This document shows, one piece after another, positions 17,142 to 23,588 of a stretch of DNA of 23,588 bases. Origin of the DNA: a virus. A model generated the notes under the pieces. That model worked only from the letters and a program-made list of their open reading frames with translations. It was not told the origin of the DNA and did no database searches. Every line of letters begins with the position of its first letter. Position 1 is the stretch's first letter. The position numbers were made by a program, and so were the translations under genes. Where the stretch lies: the UHGV virus genome UHGV-1382276; one strand, written 5' to 3'.

Positions 17142-17196
17142 AAAAAAATCCCGTAAAAAAAGCCGCACAGGCGGCCTTTAGTGATGAAGGGTCAGG

Positions 17197-17529
17197 TTAA
17201 ACGATGCTGATTGCCGTTCCGGCAAACGCGGTCCGTTTTTTCGTCTCGTCGCTGGCAGCCTCCGGCCAGAGCACATCCTCATAACGGAACGTGCCGGACT
17301 TGTAGAACGTCAGTGTGGTGCTGGTCTGGTCAGCAGCAACTGCAAGAATGCCAACGGCAGCACCGTCGGTGGTGCCATCCCACGCAACCAGCTTACGGGT
17401 GGAGGTGTCCAGCATCAGCGGGGTCATTGCAGGCGCTTTCGCACTCAACCCGCCGGGCGCGGTTGCGGTATGAGCCGGGTCACTGTTGCCCAGCGGCTGG
17501 TAATGGGTAAAGGTTTCTTTGCTCGTCAT
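17197..17529 (-). CDS. D: Capsid decoration protein D, 110 aa
   Basis: The ORF track ORF (17197..17535) reads [14 protein letters not shown].... The second ATG (17529..17527) gives the 110-aa lambda gpD and has AGGGA 5 nt upstream. Confidence 0.9.
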   Translation of the reverse strand: MTSKETFTHYQPLGNSDPAHTATAPGGLSAKAPAMTPLMLDTSTRKLVAWDGTTDGAAVGILAVAADQTSTTLTFYKSGTFRYEDVLWPEAASDETKKRTAFAGTAISIV

Positions 17530-17538
17530 AAACATCCC

Positions 17539-18144
17539 TTACACTGGTGTGTTCAGCAAATCGTTAACGGCATCAGATGCCGGGTTACCTGCAGCCAGCG
17601 GTGCCGGTGCCCCCTGCATCAGACGATCCAGCGCAGTGTCACTGCGCGCCTGTGCACTCTGTGGTGCTGCGGCCAGAATACGGCGGGCCGTTTCCACGGT
17701 CATACCGGGGGTTTCGGCCAGCACGCATGCCTGTTCTTCGCGTCCGTGAGCCTCCTCACAGTTGAGGATCCCCATAATGCGACTGTTTTCTGCCGCAACC
17801 GCTGCGGTGATCTGCGCGTTCACGTCCGGCTGCGCAGCGCTGGCGTTCTCGCCCTCCGTCGCTTGCACCACGCCAGTAACGTCAGCCTGCGAAGCAGTGG
17901 CTGAAACAGTTGTTGATTGAGTCTCTTTGGTCATTCGCCCTCCTGAGAGACGGGATTTACGTGCATCCAGTGCATCACGCATGACGGTGATCGCATCGGT
18001 ACTGTTCACAAGTTCATCAGCCAGTCCGGCATCAATGGCCTCCTGACCGCTGTACACTGCAGCCTCGGTATCCAGCACAGCCTGCACGGACAGGCCGGTA
18101 TATGCCGACACCTTCTGTGCAAACATCCGGCGGATTGCATCCAT
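17539..18144 (-). CDS. Nu3: Scaffolding protein Nu3, 201 aa, nested in-frame in the 3' third of C
   Basis: In-frame internal Met (MDAIRRMFAQKVSAYTGLSVQ...) at 18144..18142 gives exactly 201 aa sharing the C stop, as in lambda. Confidence 0.8.
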   Translation of the reverse strand: MDAIRRMFAQKVSAYTGLSVQAVLDTEAAVYSGQEAIDAGLADELVNSTDAITVMRDALDARKSRLSGGRMTKETQSTTVSATASQADVTGVVQATEGENASAAQPDVNAQITAAVAAENSRIMGILNCEEAHGREEQACVLAETPGMTVETARRILAAAPQSAQARSDTALDRLMQGAPAPLAAGNPASDAVNDLLNTPV

Positions 18145-18838
18145 CCGGGACTGCAGTGTTTCCCGGACATCATCCGGTAGATGGCTGTAGGGGTTGCCAT
18201 CCACCTTATGGCTGCCGCTGTAAATCAGCGTGATTTCCACGCCCTGTTTCTCCAGCGCAGCACCGTAATTACTGTGAGCCATCATGACGCCGATGGAGCC
18301 TGTCCGGGCGGTCTGCGTGACCAGACGCCGGGAGGCGGCGCTGGCAAGCAGCTGACCTGCACTGCAGTTCATGTCGTTGGCCAGCGCCCATACCGGTTTT
18401 ATGTCTCGCACACGGGCGATGATGTCAGCACAGTCAAATGCTCCCGCCACCATCCCGCCCGGTGTGTCCATATCCAGCAGAATGCCGTCCACCATCGGAT
18501 CGCTGGCAGCCTGTTGCAGACGGGCGATAATGCCGTTGTAACCGGTCATCCCCGAATACGGCTGCAGCGCCCGCGTCCGGCTGACCAGCGTGCCGGACAC
18601 CGGCAGCACGGCGATGCCGTTCATGACCTGATAACTGCGGGCCTGTCGTGGTCCGTCATCATCAACGGATAACGCCAGCGCCGCGGGTGCCTCTCCGGCA
18701 GTCAGGCTGTCGCCGGACACCGCATCCGTCAGGCGGCTGATCCCAAGCTGGCCTGCAAGCGCACAAAAGAAAACCCGCGCATAGGCGGGTTCAAGCATCA
18801 GCGGCTCATTAAAGGCCATACTGGCAATATGCGGGAGA

Positions 18839-18858
<20 letters not shown>
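17539..18858 (-). CDS. C: Prohead protease / head assembly protein C, 439 aa, GTG start
   Basis: The ORF track ORF (17539..18993) contains VTAELRNLPHIASMAFNEPLMLEPAYARVFF..., matching lambda gpC. The start is the GTG at 18858..18856, 20 nt inside the 3' end of B. Confidence 0.88.
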
Positions 18859-22539
<3,681 letters not shown>

Positions 22540-22565
<26 letters not shown>

Positions 22566-23085
22566 TCAGCAACCCCGGTATCAGTTCATCCAGCGCGGCT
22601 GCTTTGTTCATGGCTTTGATGATATCCCGTTTCAGGAAATCAACATGTCGGTTTTCCAGTTCCGGAAAACGCCGCTGCACCGACAGGGGGATCCCGTCGA
22701 GAATACTGGCAATTTCACCTGCGATCCGCGACAGCACGAAAGTACAGAATGCGGTTTCCACCACTTCAGCGGAGTCTCTGGCATTCTTCAGTTCCTGTGC
22801 GTCGGCCTGCGCACGCGTAAGTCGATGGCGTTCGTACTCAATAGTCCCTGGCTGGAGATCTGCCTCGCTGGCCTGCCGCAGTTCTTCAACCTCCCGGCGC
22901 AGCTTTTCGTTCTCAATTTCAGCATCCCTTTTGGCATACCATTTTATGACGGCGGCAGAGTCATAAAGCACCTCATTACCCTTGCCACCGCCTCGCAGAA
23001 CGGGCATTCCCTGTTCCTGCCAGTTCTGAATGGTACGGATACTCGCACCGAAAATGTCAGCCAGCTGCTTTTTGTTGACTTCCAT
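22540..23085 (-). CDS. Nu1: Terminase small subunit Nu1, 181 aa
   Basis: ORF track. MEVNKKQLADIFGASIRTIQNWQEQGMPVLRGGGKGNEV... matches lambda gpNu1 (winged helix-turn-helix N-terminus). Located immediately downstream of cosB. Confidence 0.93.
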
Positions 23086-23104
23086 TGCTCATTCCACGGA
23101 CAAA

Positions 23105-23225
23105 AACAGAGAAAGGAAACGACAGAGGCCAAAAAGCCCGTTTTCAGCACCTGTCGTTTCCTTTCTTTTCAGGGGGTATTTTAAATAAAAACATTAAGTT
23201 ACAACGAAGAAGAACGGAAATGCCT
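23105..23225 (-). promoter_or_regulatory. cosB terminase-binding region: R1 (~23110..23126), R2 (~23151..23166), IHF site I1 (~23177..23197), R3 (~23205..23220)
   Basis: Three copies of the CGTTTCC-containing R element in lambda arrangement: gaaaggaaacgacag (R1, reverse), ctgtcgtttcctttct (R2, forward) and cgaagaagaacggaaatg (R3, reverse, 1 mismatch to lambda). An A/T-rich tract (gtattttaaataaaaacattaagtt) lies between R2 and R3 where lambda has I1. The reverse complement of 23161..23274 matches the lambda left end as I recall it, apart from a few substitutions. Confidence 0.75.
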
Positions 23226-23262
23226 TAAACCGGAAAATTTTCATAAATAGCGAAAACCCGCG

Positions 23263-23274
23263 AGGTCGCCGCCC
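23263..23274 (-). other. cosN, the 12-nt cohesive-end sequence (GGGCGGCGACCT on the minus strand)
   Basis: Window 23263..23274 is aggtcgccgccc, the reverse complement of the lambda 5' cohesive end. It is flanked by lambda left-end sequence on the low-coordinate side and right-end sequence (cgtaacctgtcggatc...) on the high side. Confidence 0.85.
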
Positions 23275-23284
23275 CGTAACCTGT

Positions 23285-23312
23285 CGGATCGCCGGAAAGG
23301 ACCCGCAAAATG
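23285..23312 (-). promoter_or_regulatory. Approximate cosQ region on the right-arm side of cosN
   Basis: Placed by position only, about 10-40 bp on the right-arm side of cosN, where lambda carries cosQ. Sequence here (gatcgccggaaaggacccgcaaaatga) is close to the lambda right end. Exact boundaries are not established from this sequence. Confidence 0.35.
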
Positions 23313-23588
23313 ATAATAATTATCATCTGCATGTCACAACGTGCATCTACGCCATCAAACCACGTCAAATAATCAATTATGACGCAGGTATCGTATTAAT
23401 TGATCTGCATCAACTTAACGTAAAAACAACTTCAGACAATACAAATCAGCGACACTGAATACGGGACAACCTCATGTCAACGAAGAACAGCAATGCAAGA
23501 CTTATAGAGCAACGAATGGTTGCAACGACATAACACCACATTATTATAATTTAGGCGGAGCGATGAAAATTCGTTCCGCCACTTTCTT

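Noticed and set aside
23474-23533. 19-codon plus-strand ORF (MSTKNSNARLIEQRMVATT) and a second ATG at 23563 running off the window, in the right-arm terminal region
   Set aside because: Too short, with no ribosome-binding site or motif. It lies in the AT-rich cos-proximal region that I believe is non-coding in lambda, and the second ORF is truncated by the window end so cannot be assessed.

Overview
The window is the complete late (virion morphogenesis) gene cluster of a lambda-like siphovirus, all encoded on the minus strand. Reading from high to low coordinates: cosQ/cosN/cosB, Nu1, A, W, B, C (with nested Nu3), D, E, FI, FII, Z, U, V, G and the G-T frameshift product, H, M, L, K, I, J, then a lom-like outer-membrane moron, an intact side tail fiber gene (stf) and the 5' part of tfa, which runs off the window start. 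Product calls rest on my recognising the translated ORFs as near-identical in sequence, length and order to phage lambda proteins; this is from memory, and no database search was possible. The cohesive-end site lies inside the window with right-arm sequence continuing beyond it, so the DNA is in prophage or circular/concatemer permutation rather than a linear virion end. I found no tRNA, rRNA, CRISPR array, IS element, integrase or att site. Most plus-strand ORFs in the supplied track are antisense shadows of the minus-strand genes. I do not find support for a wholly undescribed system: this is an ordinary, well-characterised structural operon. The points worth a second look are (1) the K reading frame, which extends 48 codons upstream of the conventional lambda start and only then contains a complete JAMM/MPN motif set, next to the ubiquitin-like gene I; (2) a J C-terminal region that differs from lambda J and is 28 residues longer; (3) a diverged lom moron bracketed by hairpin/U-tract terminators; (4) a mosaic 1101-aa stf with an expanded Ala/Ser/Thr-rich shaft, a non-lambda central module and HxH repeats at the tip; and (5) several intercistronic stem-loops.
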